A DNA stretch of 60,922 nucleotides, counting the filler, from Sluysia triapertura (lineage: Eukaryota): the NCBI GenBank assembly GCA_046118255.1. It is 5 parts of 5 records of this genome, joined end to end, with 100 filler letters (N's around TTAATTAATTAA, not from the genome) between each part and the next. Parts side by side here need not be neighbours in the genome. Positions count along the whole stretch, not along the records: positions 38,489 to 49,661 come from JBJNIA010187911.1; positions 49,762 to 60,922 come from JBJNIA010188100.1; 3 more parts are not named here. One strand, 5' to 3'. Shown here in pieces: positions 40,566 to 54,046 of this stretch; the first letter of the stretch is position 1, and every line of letters starts with the position of its first letter. The position numbers and the translations under genes were made by a program. A model generated the notes under the pieces. That model saw only the letters and a program-made list of their open reading frames with translations. It was not told the DNA's origin and ran no database searches.

Positions 40566-41837
40566 ATTTTTAAAAGTGAATTTTTTTTCAAAAAATAATT
40601 TCTCTTTTGGAAAATAATATTTTAATATGATTTTAAAGTATGATTATGACATTTTAAACAATTTTAGAGTGTTGTGATGGCATCTCAGTAATTATATAGA
40701 ATATTTTTATTTACGAATATAAAACTTTAATAAAACCAAAAATCAGTAAGTCCGTGATTAACTCAAATTTGAGGACACTGATAAATATGACTAAATCTGA
40801 TTATTGAATTTTAGCACATATCTGAGCTATTCTTGTTTTTAATTTTTGCATCGATAAGCATTAGACACAATCACAGTTTTGAAGAATTGAAATTATTCGT
40901 AGAAATTATTAGTGCAAAACTAAGTTATCGTCCACTTAGATGGTGTTTTTAATCAGAGAAACAAGATGAAGCTTTACTAGTTACAATAGTATTGCGAAGT
41001 CTATGAATATTGTTTCTAAATAGAAGAGAAGCGTTCAGTCTCCACTCAACCACAAAAGTTTTAAATACGCATAACATTTTAAATACAATTTTACAGATAA
41101 AATTATATAAACAATGCTAGTACTTTATTAGTGCATCTAAACTAAGAATTCCTCTGTGAGAGTCCCCTTTAATGCGAAACTATATGTCTTTAGGTGAGTA
41201 AAAATAGTGGGTAGAAAAATTACTCATCCAGCTGTATAAAATTTTAAAATTTCTCAAAACCAACTTAGCCAATCAGGTTGCTTTCATTACTGAGGCTGTA
41301 TTAGACAATCACATAGCTATAAAACAAAAGTGAAATTACATAAAAATTTCATGTTCATTAAATACATTAATTTAATTAAAAATTTTTCTAAATTACTTAT
41401 AATATTAATTTTCTCATTTTAATTATAACTTCAAAAACAATTTTGCACTTATAAATTTTTTATAATTTAAACTTTTTATTTGTTACGTAAAGATTGGTTT
41501 AAGAGAATTTGATAAACTTTGTTTTAGTTTAACATAAATATCTTCGAAGTTCGTTTTGGAATCAATTACTACATTTATTATTTTTTATGTAGTCGTGTGA
41601 TACATGCACTTAGACCACTAAATTTATACGGCTTCATTCATACTCATTCTAAATGTTTATAATTAAATAAAGTAATAGATACGTGAAGAGTGCCAGAAAG
41701 AATGAATAAGCACGTACATATTTATCTTATAAAGTTGAAAGTTCTTAAATTCACCATTACCATCATTCTGACAATTATTATTATTTTAAATTTTGATAAC
41801 TTTAATATTTTTAAATATTTTAATATTTTTAAAAAGA

Positions 41838-41990
41838 TGCTTTGGTAATTTTATGACTCGTGAGATGATGGATGTGATTTTAATCAACAAATATATTCAT
41901 AATTACTGAAAAACCAGGATTAAGATGATTGATTTAGGAGAAATAAATTTATTACTGGAAGCATTAATATTAGTTGGTGTAGTCAAAAAT
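41838..41990 (+). mobile_element. piggyBac transposase relic (N-terminal core)
   Basis: CFGNFMTREMMDVILIN..IDLGEINLLLEALILVGVVKN resembles PGBD F..F.T......I...TN...D..E..A..G.LIL.G. Other weak piggyBac-like scraps at ~39650-39876, ~54690-54950 and ~59900-59990. Confidence 0.4.
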
Positions 41991-43227
41991 TGTAAAAGTT
42001 ATAAGTATTTGTGAATTGATATTTTTATATAAAATTATTTATTTTTTATTTTATATTTTATGTATTTTTATGTTTTCTGTATTTATTAAAAAATTATAAA
42101 TATTACAAATACTATAAAAAATTATTAAAATTACTATTATTAAAAAATTCTAATTACAATTATATTAAAATTAAAATTAATACTTAATTATTTTAAAAGT
42201 AATTCAAAACGAAATTTCTAGAAATGAATTGTTTTATTAAATTAAAATTATAAATACCCACTAAAACTATATAAAGACAAACAAAGAATAGCAGACGACC
42301 ATTTTTATATTTCGAAGTGATATTTTCAAATTATTAGTCGCCATTTTGTTATCGGTCATATTAATTCCATTCATCATTTCTGGTTCTCTTCGGTGCTCAA
42401 CGATATTATCAATTCAGTCAATTGTAAAGCAGAATTAGATTTCACGTATTCTATTATAGAGATCTCAAATCCAATTCTTTTCGATCCAATTAAATTTTCA
42501 AAAATAAAAACATTATTTTGATCCTGAACATCCGATTACAATTTTTAATTTATCGATTAAATAGTAAGTTTGTTCTAAATAACTTGTAGATTCAAAAATA
42601 TCCAAAGGCCAATTATAAAATCAAACTAAAATATAAAATCACTATCTTTTTGTTGGTCCTTAAGGTCAATTACAAAATCATTATAGATAGATCGAGTCTT
42701 TGGGTTAGTTCTTTTATTACAATTAATTTACTATCGTTATTATATTTTTATTATTATTGTTTTACTTGAAATTTTACTCGTATTATCGAATTAATAATTT
42801 TACTTTTGTATAATAAATCCTTGTAATACTCGTTAACTTTTACATAAATATTAGAGAATTTTTTGATAAAAAGGCTACTACAAAGTTTTAGTGTAACGAA
42901 TTTTTCTACTAAAATATAGTAATAATCTTTAGGGGATCTAACCATTTTCTTTAACATAACATTCACCTAAAACTATATATAAACTTACATTCAGATGCCC
43001 GCATTGGTCGTTGTTAACATTATAATTTTATAAGTTATTTACGATAGTTATCAGTCGACATAACCGACGATCTTGTCTTCTACTGTTCTAAAGTAAGGAA
43101 TATTTTTATACTGTTAATCTTTAGGACTGTTTTCACGTAACTTGTATACTGTAAACGGACTCTGAATAATAATTTATTTTGCTGATAGTTAAGTCTTTTT
43201 AATAGAAAAACCCATCAATAAATATAC

Positions 43228-43717
43228 ATTAGACTAAAGACCATTTTTGTGATAAAATTCAACATTTTTCTAGGATACTATGAAACTATTAATCAAAATT
43301 TTATAAATACATGTCATTTACCGACAGTTGTCACGGAAAATGTAAAATGTTTGAAAATAACTACTTTCTCCAAAACATTCTGGTGAAAGTAATATATATA
43401 TATATAGAAATAAATAAGACAGAAATTTTATTCGTGTAGAATGATAAAACAATTTACTACAAATCAAATATGGTGTATCAGTACTTTGTTTGCCCTCCTT
43501 TGTTATCCAATAATTTCCTGATCCTTAAAGGCATGCCATGGATGAACTTGGGCACAAATCTTTGATCTCGTCATCGTGATGCCATATTTTATCAGGGTTT
43601 CAATAAGTTCCGTGCTGGTGGTTCGTTTATGAGAAGAAACTCTCCTTTTGACAATCTCCCATAGATTTTCTATGTGATTCATGTCTGAAGAGTTTCCAAG
43701 CCAGGGTAGCAGCTTAA
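43228..43717 (-). mobile_element. Tc1-family derivative (copy 5, partial)
   Basis: Reverse complement of the same family from the inner right TIR (ATTAGACTAAAGACCATTTT) to the WLGNSSDMN region. Confidence 0.82.
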
Positions 43718-43933
43718 CAATATATACATTATACGAATAATAAATAAATTCATAATTAATTATAGCGATACTTGAAAGTAATGCGATATTTGACTACAAT
43801 CGAAATACCATTAAAAATTCTTAAATTGCATAGATTTATAATAGTACACTTCTAATAATTTTATAATCTCGCATTTTCTTACCTGATTTAATTATTTATT
43901 TATTTATTATTATTATTATCGTTATTATTATTA

Positions 43934-43973
<40 letters not shown>

Positions 43974-44637
43974 GTAATTATTTTATTTAAAATTAAAATC
44001 TATTATTGAATAATTTTGAAAATATTTCAATTCGAATATTTTTCTGACTTGAAATTATAATTACTTTGCTACTTAATTATTAATTTTAAGTAAATCAGTA
44101 ATTATTTATAATTATTTTACGATTATTTTTTATATTTAAAATAATTTACATATTTTATTCAAAGAAATTATACTAGATATAAGATAAACTATTCAGAACA
44201 ATAGTTTCTTAAAGGTACTTTTTCTGGCTACTTTTTGATGCTTATGAAAATGGATGTTTCAAAAATGGATATTTTTCCATACTGTGAAGAAAATTCAGAC
44301 CAATTGTATTTAAATTGTTTATTGTATATAATTTTTATACTTGGATGAAAAATGATAAAATGTTTTAATTCATTAATTTTGTCAGAAATGTCAAGAGAAT
44401 TCATTGGTGGTGGTACTGGTGTTATGAAACGGAAATTTGTCTTCTAAATGAATAAATGTAAAAGAACATAATGGAATAAATTTCACAATTTAAAAATGAA
44501 TTTTAACTAAATTTTCAATATTTAGTTTTTATTTTTAATTTTATTTAATTTTCTTTGAAATAAATATATTTACTGCGACCTTAATGTAAACATAATAACC
44601 AAAACAATAAATTCGATTACTCGATTAACATTTCGAA

Positions 44638-44757
44638 TGCTAGACCTCATAAAGTTGACTGACACGGAATCGAACCCGGCACCTCTGGCTTCACAGCTGT
44701 TCAGTTCGAGCTGTCAGACCCGTCTAACAATCTTGTTTTTATTATAGTCAATTATAC
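44638..44757 (-). repeat. tRNA-derived repeat (D-arm partly deleted)
   Basis: Minus strand GGGTCTGACAGCTC..CTGTGAAGCCAGAGGTGCCGGGTTCGATTCCGTGTCAGTCAA with the same upstream flank GTATAATTGACTATAAT..ATTGTTAGAC. Confidence 0.7.
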
Positions 44758-45159
44758 TATCATTGTTCTGTGCCACTTTAGGCCTGTACCCAAATAGTAA
44801 TAAATAAATGGAAATCTTTGAGAAATATTTGAGTTAAAAAGAAAATAAATACCAACAGAAAATTTCACACTTATACAAGCATCATTTTTCAAATTAAAAC
44901 TATTTCGTCCAACGTACTTCTTCCTCTGATTGATGAAATTTTGGTTCCATGAAATATTTTTGACTTCTCAAGACGTAGAATGAGTAAAAGAAATGCTGTA
45001 CTGAACAGATGTGGGGAGACGTAACTTAAAATAATAATAATAACAAAATAAAACATTGTTGAAGTAAAAATAATGATTATTCTATAATAATTTTATTCTA
45101 TAATAATTTTATTATTCTATAATAATTATTATTCTATAATTATTCTATAATAATTTTAT

Positions 45160-45890
45160 ACATTAAAGAATACCTTAGACATTCTAAAGACCTATGTAGT
45201 ATTTTGAGATCCTTATTGAGCATGAAATAACTGTATTGGTAAAATAAATTTTAAAAATAAATTAATTAATTAAAATCTTTATTAATTTAATTAAGAAAAA
45301 ATACGTTTTTTATAAATAACGTTCGAATTCTGTGATTGTATTTGAGTTAGGTTTAGTTAGACTTTTCGACAGAGATAACATATGATCTAGTTCATGTTAA
45401 GAGAACCTTAATTAATTTCAAAATTAAATATTAAATGCGAATGAATTAAATATGCAATGATTGGCATGAATGCGAATAATTTCGAAATGAACTTGAAATG
45501 TTTATGAAATGACCTTTTTGAAAGTCAAAACCTTAAACATATTTCTATTAGAAAATTGACTATGAATAACTGAATATTAATTAAATTCTAAACACTAAAT
45601 TAAAATCATTATTTTTAAATATGATAATAATAATAATAGTCACTGTTATTTTAATTTAAGAAGTAATTTAAATAAATATAGATTGAGTAGAGCAAAGGAA
45701 AATAATGGTGGATCATTAATCAAATTTTTATGTTTCGTACTTAATGAAATCTGTGAAATAGTTCCATGTAATTGTCAGAATTGTCATTGTCGACTCGATT
45801 TTCAAAATTTATTTAAATGATTCGTGTAAAGAATGTTAGGCTTATGTGAGAAAGTATAAAATGAGTAGTTATAAAATTTAAAACAGAAAA
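45160..45890 (+). repeat. Unclassified interspersed repeat (copy 2)
   Basis: Shares GAAGTAATTTA, GGAAAATAATGGT, TGTCATTGTCG and the TTAATTAA core with copy 1. Confidence 0.65.
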
Positions 45891-47689
45891 ATATTAAAGA
45901 TATATATGGAAAAAAACCGAAAATAGAAAATTCGTGCTTAAAATGCTTTGGTTTTGCATTATTTTTCATATTAATCGAAAATTATATTAGAGAACATGAC
46001 CAATCCTTTTAATTATAATAATATTTTTAATATTAATATATTAATTTATATTGCGCTCATATCAAAAGTGCTTAATATTTCTGAAACAGAAAAAACTTTG
46101 CCTTTTTCTTAAATATTTCATGATTTAATGTAATGCTCATCTTAACTTCAAATTTTCAAATTTTTAATTTTAATTTAAAATTATTTATTTTACTTTCAAA
46201 ATAAAATTAAAATCATTATCAATGAGATTATAATGCTCTTACATTAATTTAAAATGAGATTACATAGAATTAATATAAATTTAAAATTTAGTAACAAATA
46301 ACAGTCAATTTTAAACCTTATTACTACAGTCAACAAATCATTTTAAATTAAGAATAAATAATTGTGATACGAAATCAAATTTTAATAACATAAAATCCCA
46401 TTAGAATCATCTTAAATCATGATTTAGAATATTATAAGTTAAAATTATATTAAATTGAGATCGAATAGAAATAGTATGTAATTAAAAATTAATAACACTA
46501 TTATTTTCGATCAAAATTAACTTAAATTTAAGATTTGATAAAAGTTATATGTAATCGAAATTTAAAAGCATTATTATCAGCTAAAATCATTATTAATTAA
46601 GATTAAATTAAATCTATACAAAATCATAGTTTAGTATCACAATATTTGTAATCGTAACACTCTAACTTGAAATAATTAAACTAGTGTGGTGTGCTATAAC
46701 TTGATTTACAGTCATATTATAACTAATGTACAAATTATTATTTACATTTATACTGATTTGTAATAATGAATGAATTATTTGAATAAATTTGACTTACAGT
46801 CAAATTATAGCTAATATATAAATTATTTATATTATGTTATATTGAATAAATACAAATTACAAATTATTTAATTTATAATATATTGATAAATTATTGTATC
46901 GATAAATTATCTCAAATTTGGAAAAGAAATAAGAAGCTACTTAATCAAAACTATATTTTAAAACATTTTAGGCAATCAAGATTTTAGATAGAAATTCATT
47001 GAAGTTGACCAATAATATATTACGAATTTATTAAGGTTTTTGGCATAAAATTAATAGAACCGATAACTTTTATTTATAAACACTTCTATCTCGAATAACT
47101 AATAGAGGTTTTAGATATAAATTAATTGGACTTATCAAGACTATATTACGAAAGATTTCATTTGAATTTATGAATATTTTGGACAGAAAATTCATCGAAC
47201 CGATAACTTTATTTCAATTACTTTAATTATTTGTTATGTAAATCTAAAATAAGATAAAATAATTAATATAATTATATTTCGCTGTATTGTTTGAATTATT
47301 TGATTATTTAATTCCTTATAAATAAATTAATTGTACTTCTATTATATTTGCTAACAAGGGATTGCTACTAGAGCCATCCGATAGAATTAAATATAAAAGA
47401 TAAAATTTTTCTTTAAAATTGAGACAAGAGTTTAATAATAATTAAGTGATTCACTAGCACTTTTATCCGGAAAAACTGGGACGAGTAATTGAATTCACAT
47501 GTCCAAATAAGGTAAATAAATAAAGTATAGATATTACTTGCAGAATTAATTAATAGAGGAAAATTTACATTGATAAAAGATTGTACTTTTAGATAAATTT
47601 AAGTAGTAATATAAAGTGAAAATACTATTAAAGAAGTTTAGATTAAAACTAGAAACTAAGAGTCCATACAAGCACAGAGAAAATTTTAT

Positions 47690-48005
47690 AAAAATAAATT
47701 TTTACAATAATCTTCCAGTAATTTGACATTTTCTAATAGCTAATTTTATATTTTTTAAACATAAACGGTATACAACCTATCACCTAGCTTGTTATCACTG
47801 AGGATTCTGTATAGATTATTATGTCTAAATGAAATATTCACTTTAGTTTCCAAATTTGTTATTATTTCTAAGAAACATTCAGGACTCCCGTAATGTAAAC
47901 ATCTGTAAATAATTGTCATGAGTTTGAATTTTATTACTTTTATTGGCAACCAATGTAATTCTTTAAGATAAGGTGTTACATGTGATCTTTTTCCCACTTG
48001 GAGAA
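47690..48005 (-). mobile_element. L2/CR1-clade LINE 3' end fragment
   Basis: ORF 47755-48039: RSHVTPYLKELHWLPIKVIKFKLMTIIYRCLHYGSPE...LGDRLYTVYV. Confidence 0.78.
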
Positions 48006-49661
48006 TTAGTTTATTAATTATTAATTGTAATTTTTTCACTTTTTATTTCTTTTCAAATTGAGTACAATAAATCATTGTTAAAATCCATATTGTTACTTAT
48101 CGATGAATGAACAATAAGTTTACCTTTTCTTTATTAATAAATTTTTGAATATGTGATATTTTCTTTAATTGATATTTACACTTTTTAACAATACAATTAA
48201 TATTTTCTCTATGTTCATTTTTGAATCCATATAACAACCTGTAGTTCGTACTTTTGCTTCGCATCTAGTGTCTTACCACCTACAATTAACTTTGTTTCAT
48301 TTATTTTGGTATTGTAGCTTTTTTTATTACTGAAGATTATAAATTCTGACTTTTCTTCATTGATTTTCAAGTATTTTGAATGAATTTATCATAAAATGTA
48401 AACAATTTCGAATCAATAAATCACATTTTAAGCACACTTTTAAGAATAGTTTCATTTGATTTAAACAGATATTTACTTTAAAATTAATTAATTATATTAT
48501 TATTTTTTTTCTTTTAATTAGTTTTTTAACATAAAATTTACTTCCTTAATTTTTCTTAAATAAAATATAATGTTATAGTTGTAATTAAAAAATCAATAAT
48601 TTCGTATTTTCTTCTAACTTAGTAAATGGAATAATCAGTTAAATAATTATTAATCATTTAATTATTTTAAACATTAACTTTTTATATTTAACACATGTTT
48701 TCAATTTACTATTATTTCTGATTAATTATTGTAATTGATATTGCCAGTGTGCCTTAAATATTATTTGTTTTTAAAATCTACAAGTCTTCCAAGATTATTT
48801 AATTTGGCTACATCATTCATTGATCAATTATCTTCCAATATTGCCTTACGATTAGTACATGTACGGACAATTAAACTTACGTGGAATTATCATAATCTAA
48901 AACTTAAATACCTTTGTTTTTATTTATTAATTTATATGAAAGTACAAACTTTTTCATGTGTAATACTACAGATTTATAAAATAATGATAATATTGTTATG
49001 TTGTATAATAAATTGTACTAAAAATAGATTTAATATGTGTTACAAGTTGTAATATGTTATGTTGTAATTAATTGTATGTTTTAAAACTAAAAATAGATTT
49101 AATATTTATGATTAAGAATAATCTGAATAAATAAATCAATATTTATGTTATATTACAAACGAATGTTTGAATTGAAATTAATATTTTAATGTAAGATTTT
49201 ATTTTAATTTTAATTTGTATAATTTTTATTTTAAAATATTAGATTTTCTTTAGAAGATTAATTTTAATGCAAAGGAACAAATTTATCTTAATAAATATTT
49301 TATTATTTTTATTTAAACATTTTTATTATTTTTGTTGTTTTAATGACCACAAGGTCATTCATTTATAAATTTAAAGATCAAAACTTTTTAATCATCACAC
49401 AACACATTTGATTTCTAAATCAAACTTGCAATTCACTATTTGAACTAAAGCGATAAAGAGGCAGGATAAAAACTCTTCCGAAGATTGTTTCGAAAATCCA
49501 TTATCGATTTAACCGTTGTCTTATCGTTAGTATTTTATAATTAGGTTTGTTGCAGTCTTTATAACTGCGTTTTTAAAATACACCTAAAATCTATTTATGC
49601 TACTTAGCTACTATTTCACAGTAGCTTATTAAAATCCGTGTATAAATTTAATTTTGTCGAA

Positions 49662-49761
49662 NNNNNNNNNNNNNNNNNNNNNNNNNNNNNNNNNNNNNNN
49701 NNNNNTTAATTAATTAANNNNNNNNNNNNNNNNNNNNNNNNNNNNNNNNNNNNNNNNNNNN
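49662..49761. other. Artificial scaffold-joining linker
   Basis: 44 N + TTAATTAATTAA + 44 N. Confidence 0.97.
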
Positions 49762-49969
49762 TTAATAACGTTCAACTTATCATATTATTCCAAGTTTTGA
49801 CCCTTATATCAACCCTTATCCTTCACTAATCCCAACAAAATTATTTGAGTAAATTAAATTGATATTTGTTTATTGTTACTATTAATTTCAAAGACGCAAC
49901 AAACATTTTGTGCTAATAATAATATATTATTTTATATTGTGCTTATATCTACTACAAACATTTAAAGTA

Positions 49970-50220
49970 AATAATTCACCATAAAATTTCTGAAACAGAA
50001 AGAACTTCGCCTTTTCTTAAATATTCCATAATCTTCCAGTAATTTGACATGCTGTGGTAACTGATTGTATTTTTTGAACCATAAACAATGCAAACCTATC
50101 ACCTAACTTGATATCACTTTGGATTCAGTATAGATTATTGTCTCAATGTTTAATTTCTAAATTTTATTCAGGATTTCTCTATTGTAAGAATTTGTAAATT
50201 ATTGTTGTGATTTTGAACTA
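49970..50220 (-). mobile_element. L2/CR1-clade LINE 3' end fragment
   Basis: Reverse complement of 17800-18020 (TTTCTGAAACAGAAA, ATAATCTTCCAGTAATTTGACAT, ACCTATCACCTA). A ~45 bp scrap of the same end lies at ~46075-46120. Confidence 0.7.
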
Positions 50221-51348
50221 TATTCTTGCTTTTGCAAATTAAACTTCAAAGGTCATTAATTGATTAATTACCACGGCCCATAGTACGTTAAATTATATAT
50301 TTTTAAAGTAATTATTATAATTTTTAGCCAATTTATTATAATTAAAATTATCATTGGTGTAATTTAACAATTATTTTTATGCATTATTACCCTATTATAA
50401 TTACACGCTAACATTTTAGATTTTGACACGAATGGATAAATAATGTCTTACACCAGCATGTTTCTGCACTACACATTATTAATTTATATCCATTCAACAT
50501 TTTAACTTTTTTGTGCATATTTAATTCTGCACTTAAAAACAGATGTCAAAAATTGAGGTGGAATATCTAAACGAGAATGTTTACTGTAATGCATAATTTG
50601 AATTGTAAAAGCAAAAATGTAAAAGTTAGATTTGTCAAGACGAAAAAGTTAATAAAAGTTTAATCAAGATATCCTAAATTATGAACTACAACCAAGTTAT
50701 AAAGAAAATATTTAACTTCATACTACAATGAATAGATTGACCAAACGTGAATGTTACTTAAATTATATGATAATTTATTAAAAACATCTCTACGTAGAAA
50801 TAACCAATGATATAGTAGAGTCATAACCTAACACAATATCATATAGTAAAAATAATAAAATGACATTTTAGCATAAAAAATTTTAAGTCAAAATAAATTC
50901 CCCACAAATTATTTAAATAAAATAAAACATATATTTTTTGAATGAATTATATCCATGCATAATTCAAAAATATCAATATAATCATTACTGGAACGATTGT
51001 AAACATCCATTATAACTTTTTATATAAAAATTTTATAATAGATTTTACTTGTAATGTGAATATCTATACAAATTAAAATTAAAAGTAAATAAAAGCACAA
51101 CAGTAAAAAGTTAAATGATTTACTTTAATAATTTTATTTAATCTTTTCTACCATAACTAATGTTTACGTAAGTTTCCATTCCATTTAGAATACTTTAAAC
51201 ATTAAAACATGATGCGAATTTTTCTACAATAAAAACGCGTTAAATTTTTAAAGGAATGTCTAATATTGAATTTTTCTGAAAAATATATCAGTGTATAAAA
51301 TTCCATAAAAACTGACACAATAAATGAAATTAAAAATTAAATATTCAC

Positions 51349-51607
51349 CCAGCCAATTCTGCGTAAAAGATTAAATTATTCACAGTGTCAGTAAATAATT
51401 CTTGAATCATTCGAACACAAAAATAATCGTAAGGATCCAATTTAGAATAATGACTAAACAAATTTAATACATATTCAACTATGAAAATATAAATATTAAA
51501 ACTAAATTATTATGCTTTATTAAAATAATGTAAACCTATTGGCATCAATAATAACTTATAATTTATCATTTGATCAAATGACAGATTACCAATATCAATT
51601 AGAATTG

Positions 51608-51660
<53 letters not shown>

Positions 51661-53754
51661 CATTACGTTTGAAATTTAATTATAAAGCTTCTGATCATAT
51701 AGTTTGTTACATAAAACCTCCCAACTTTAAAAGAATTCTTTTTTCTACAATTTTTCGTCATTTTATATGAACTCGTTACAATACTTATCTAGTATCCATA
51801 AAGCAACTTGGTATATTTAGGATCTTTATCACTATGTGATAATACGTAACAAGTCTTGTGAGAGGTTCGCATGCTTAAAAATGTAAAGCCCATTAGTTTG
51901 CTTCATTATGAACTAAGTTAAATTTCTGGAAATGGATTGACTGGGATTTGAAATAACCTAGACCTTCAAAATTCCCCAAACTTCGCTTTTATTTTCTTAG
52001 GTATAATAATAAATCCATTTTTCGATGCTGTGAATAAACATACTAAAAAATTTTATGTAATTGGGGTTTCATATCAAACCTAAGCTCTAAACATCAATAA
52101 TGAAACTTCTATATAACTTTTCTATTGATAAATTCAGAACCTGCTGTTTTTCATTCTACGCATGTCTGCTGTTGGCACTATTTTTTTAAGTCACTATAGA
52201 TTTGTAAATTCATTTTCATTGAATTTAAGTTATAATTGTGATTATTTTAGTTGATATTAATTATTGCTTTTTAATAATTTCAGTGAACTTAAAATAAATT
52301 TTGAAATTTGGGTATTAAAAACAAATTTTATTTTATTTTTCTAAAAAATTAACTTTTATGAAATTATAATTTATTCCAGATTATTTTTGGAGTACCCTTA
52401 TGAAAAATCTATATTTCGAAAATTAATAAGTATCTAACTGAAGAAATGTGACTAATAACGTTATTTGAATTTTGCAAAATAATTTAAAATATTCTTTTAA
52501 TAAATTAGATTGAAGCATAATTTTGATTTATTTTATTTTAGATATTATGAAGTGTCAGTTTTTATCATAAATTTGTAATTTGGTTTTAAAAACCTAATTT
52601 AATACAACAAAAGTATTAACTAAAAAACGTGCAAATTGTAAGATAATAAAATAATCGTTGAAAATAAAAACCATACGTGGTAAGACTCCAAAAGAAAAGA
52701 TAAAAGAACTAAATTTTATATTTAAAACAACATGAATATAAACAGTTTATTTTTCATTATAATTTCCTCGTACACTAAAACACTTTCTAATTTTTCTTCG
52801 CCGATTCCAAATGATCGTTAACTTATCGCATAGTCACAAATATGCTCGAAACGAAATCCGCACATCCAATTTCATATAGTCGTTTTTGATGAAGAATCAA
52901 TTCCATATGCTTCTTGCATTTTATCAGTCTTCTTTAAAAGTAGAAGCGGAATAAAGCTAGGAAATTCTCCTGTATCATACATTTTTTAAACAATGATACT
53001 AAAATAAAATAAATAAACTGCGTAATTAGTTAAACCAAAATTTATTTGAATAATCTACATACAATTATTCCTTTGAATATAAAATTTGATTCTTGTATCT
53101 TTCTGCAATTCTATATGAATCCAATTACGTTTAAGCCTCACCACATAATAAATATCGTACCATATCATTTTATTTAAAGATAAATAAAAAATTTAGTAAT
53201 TTAATTCGATTTTTACGATGTTATATGAACTTTACTACAAATTAAAATGAAGGACTAAACATTAATATGTAATATCTTGTTGTTCGTTGATCTATCTCTT
53301 AATTTTACCAATTATAGATAAAATTCAATTTCGATAGTAAAATTATTAAGCTGATTTTGTGCAATAAATTTTAACCATTTTCGGTCCATTGATTGAAAAT
53401 TCACCTAATTTTATAGTAGATAGGGTGGAGTGGAATTGAAAAATAAATTTTTAAAGAACCCTTTATGTATACCAATGACAGGATTAAAGAATTTTCGAGT
53501 AATATTTCAATCAATAATTAAAAAGTATTTTAATCCATGACGTATTAGTGTCATATTTAGAACGTTTACATTTTTATGTGCATGGTCAATTGCTGTGATT
53601 CAATTAAATTTTTTTATTTGTTTGAATAAACGTAATATTTTTATGCATATGATTACTTAACAAGCTTATGCATATATCTAATAATTGTATTGCTTAAAAA
53701 TAAAATGGTAAGTATTATAACTCAATATGTTTAATAATAATAATAATAATAATG

Positions 53755-53807
<53 letters not shown>

Positions 53808-54046
53808 AATAATAATAACTTAGACAATTGGAAAATAACATATCCTTTTGGAAAATTGTAAATTGTGTCTTGACAAAACCAAATTCTGTATATGTCATCA
53901 TCAACTCGTAATTCTGGCTCATCAAAATGATCAGGATAATTACCAAGTGATTGTTCGCGTTTTCCTTTAATCATGTAATGTTCACTAATAAATTTATTTG
54001 GTTTCGGTATATGCAATTTCGGATTTGGTTTCAAATTTTTTAGTCG
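51349..54046 (-). CDS. Insulin-degrading enzyme-like M16A metallopeptidase, two internal exons (middle domain)
   Basis: Exons 54046-53820 (RLKNLKPNPKLHIPKPNKFI...RIWFCQDTIYNFPKGYVIFQLS) and 51453-51349 (HYSKLDPYDY...LFTDTVNNLIFYAELAG), phase 2 join. Colinear with IDE (FKLPTKNEFIP...KLWFKQDDKFFLPKA...AYVDPLH...LLKDSLNEYAYAAELAG). Confidence 0.82.
52760..52975 (-). mobile_element. mariner-family transposase relic (internally deleted) in IDE-like intron
   Basis: LLLLKKTDKMQEAYGIDSSSKTTI*NWMCGFR resembles the mariner N-terminal HTH (M...YG....S..T...W...F), fused to a C-terminus-like GIGEEKLESVL. Confidence 0.5.

Noticed and set aside
44650-44725. Functional tRNA gene
   Set aside because: The D-arm is deleted and the anticodon stem does not pair; the other copies are split or interrupted. 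Treated as a tRNA-derived repeat.
51760-52180. LTR-retrotransposon RT/RNase H relic
   Set aside because: Only an EPLTRL-like scrap was visible; too weak to support.
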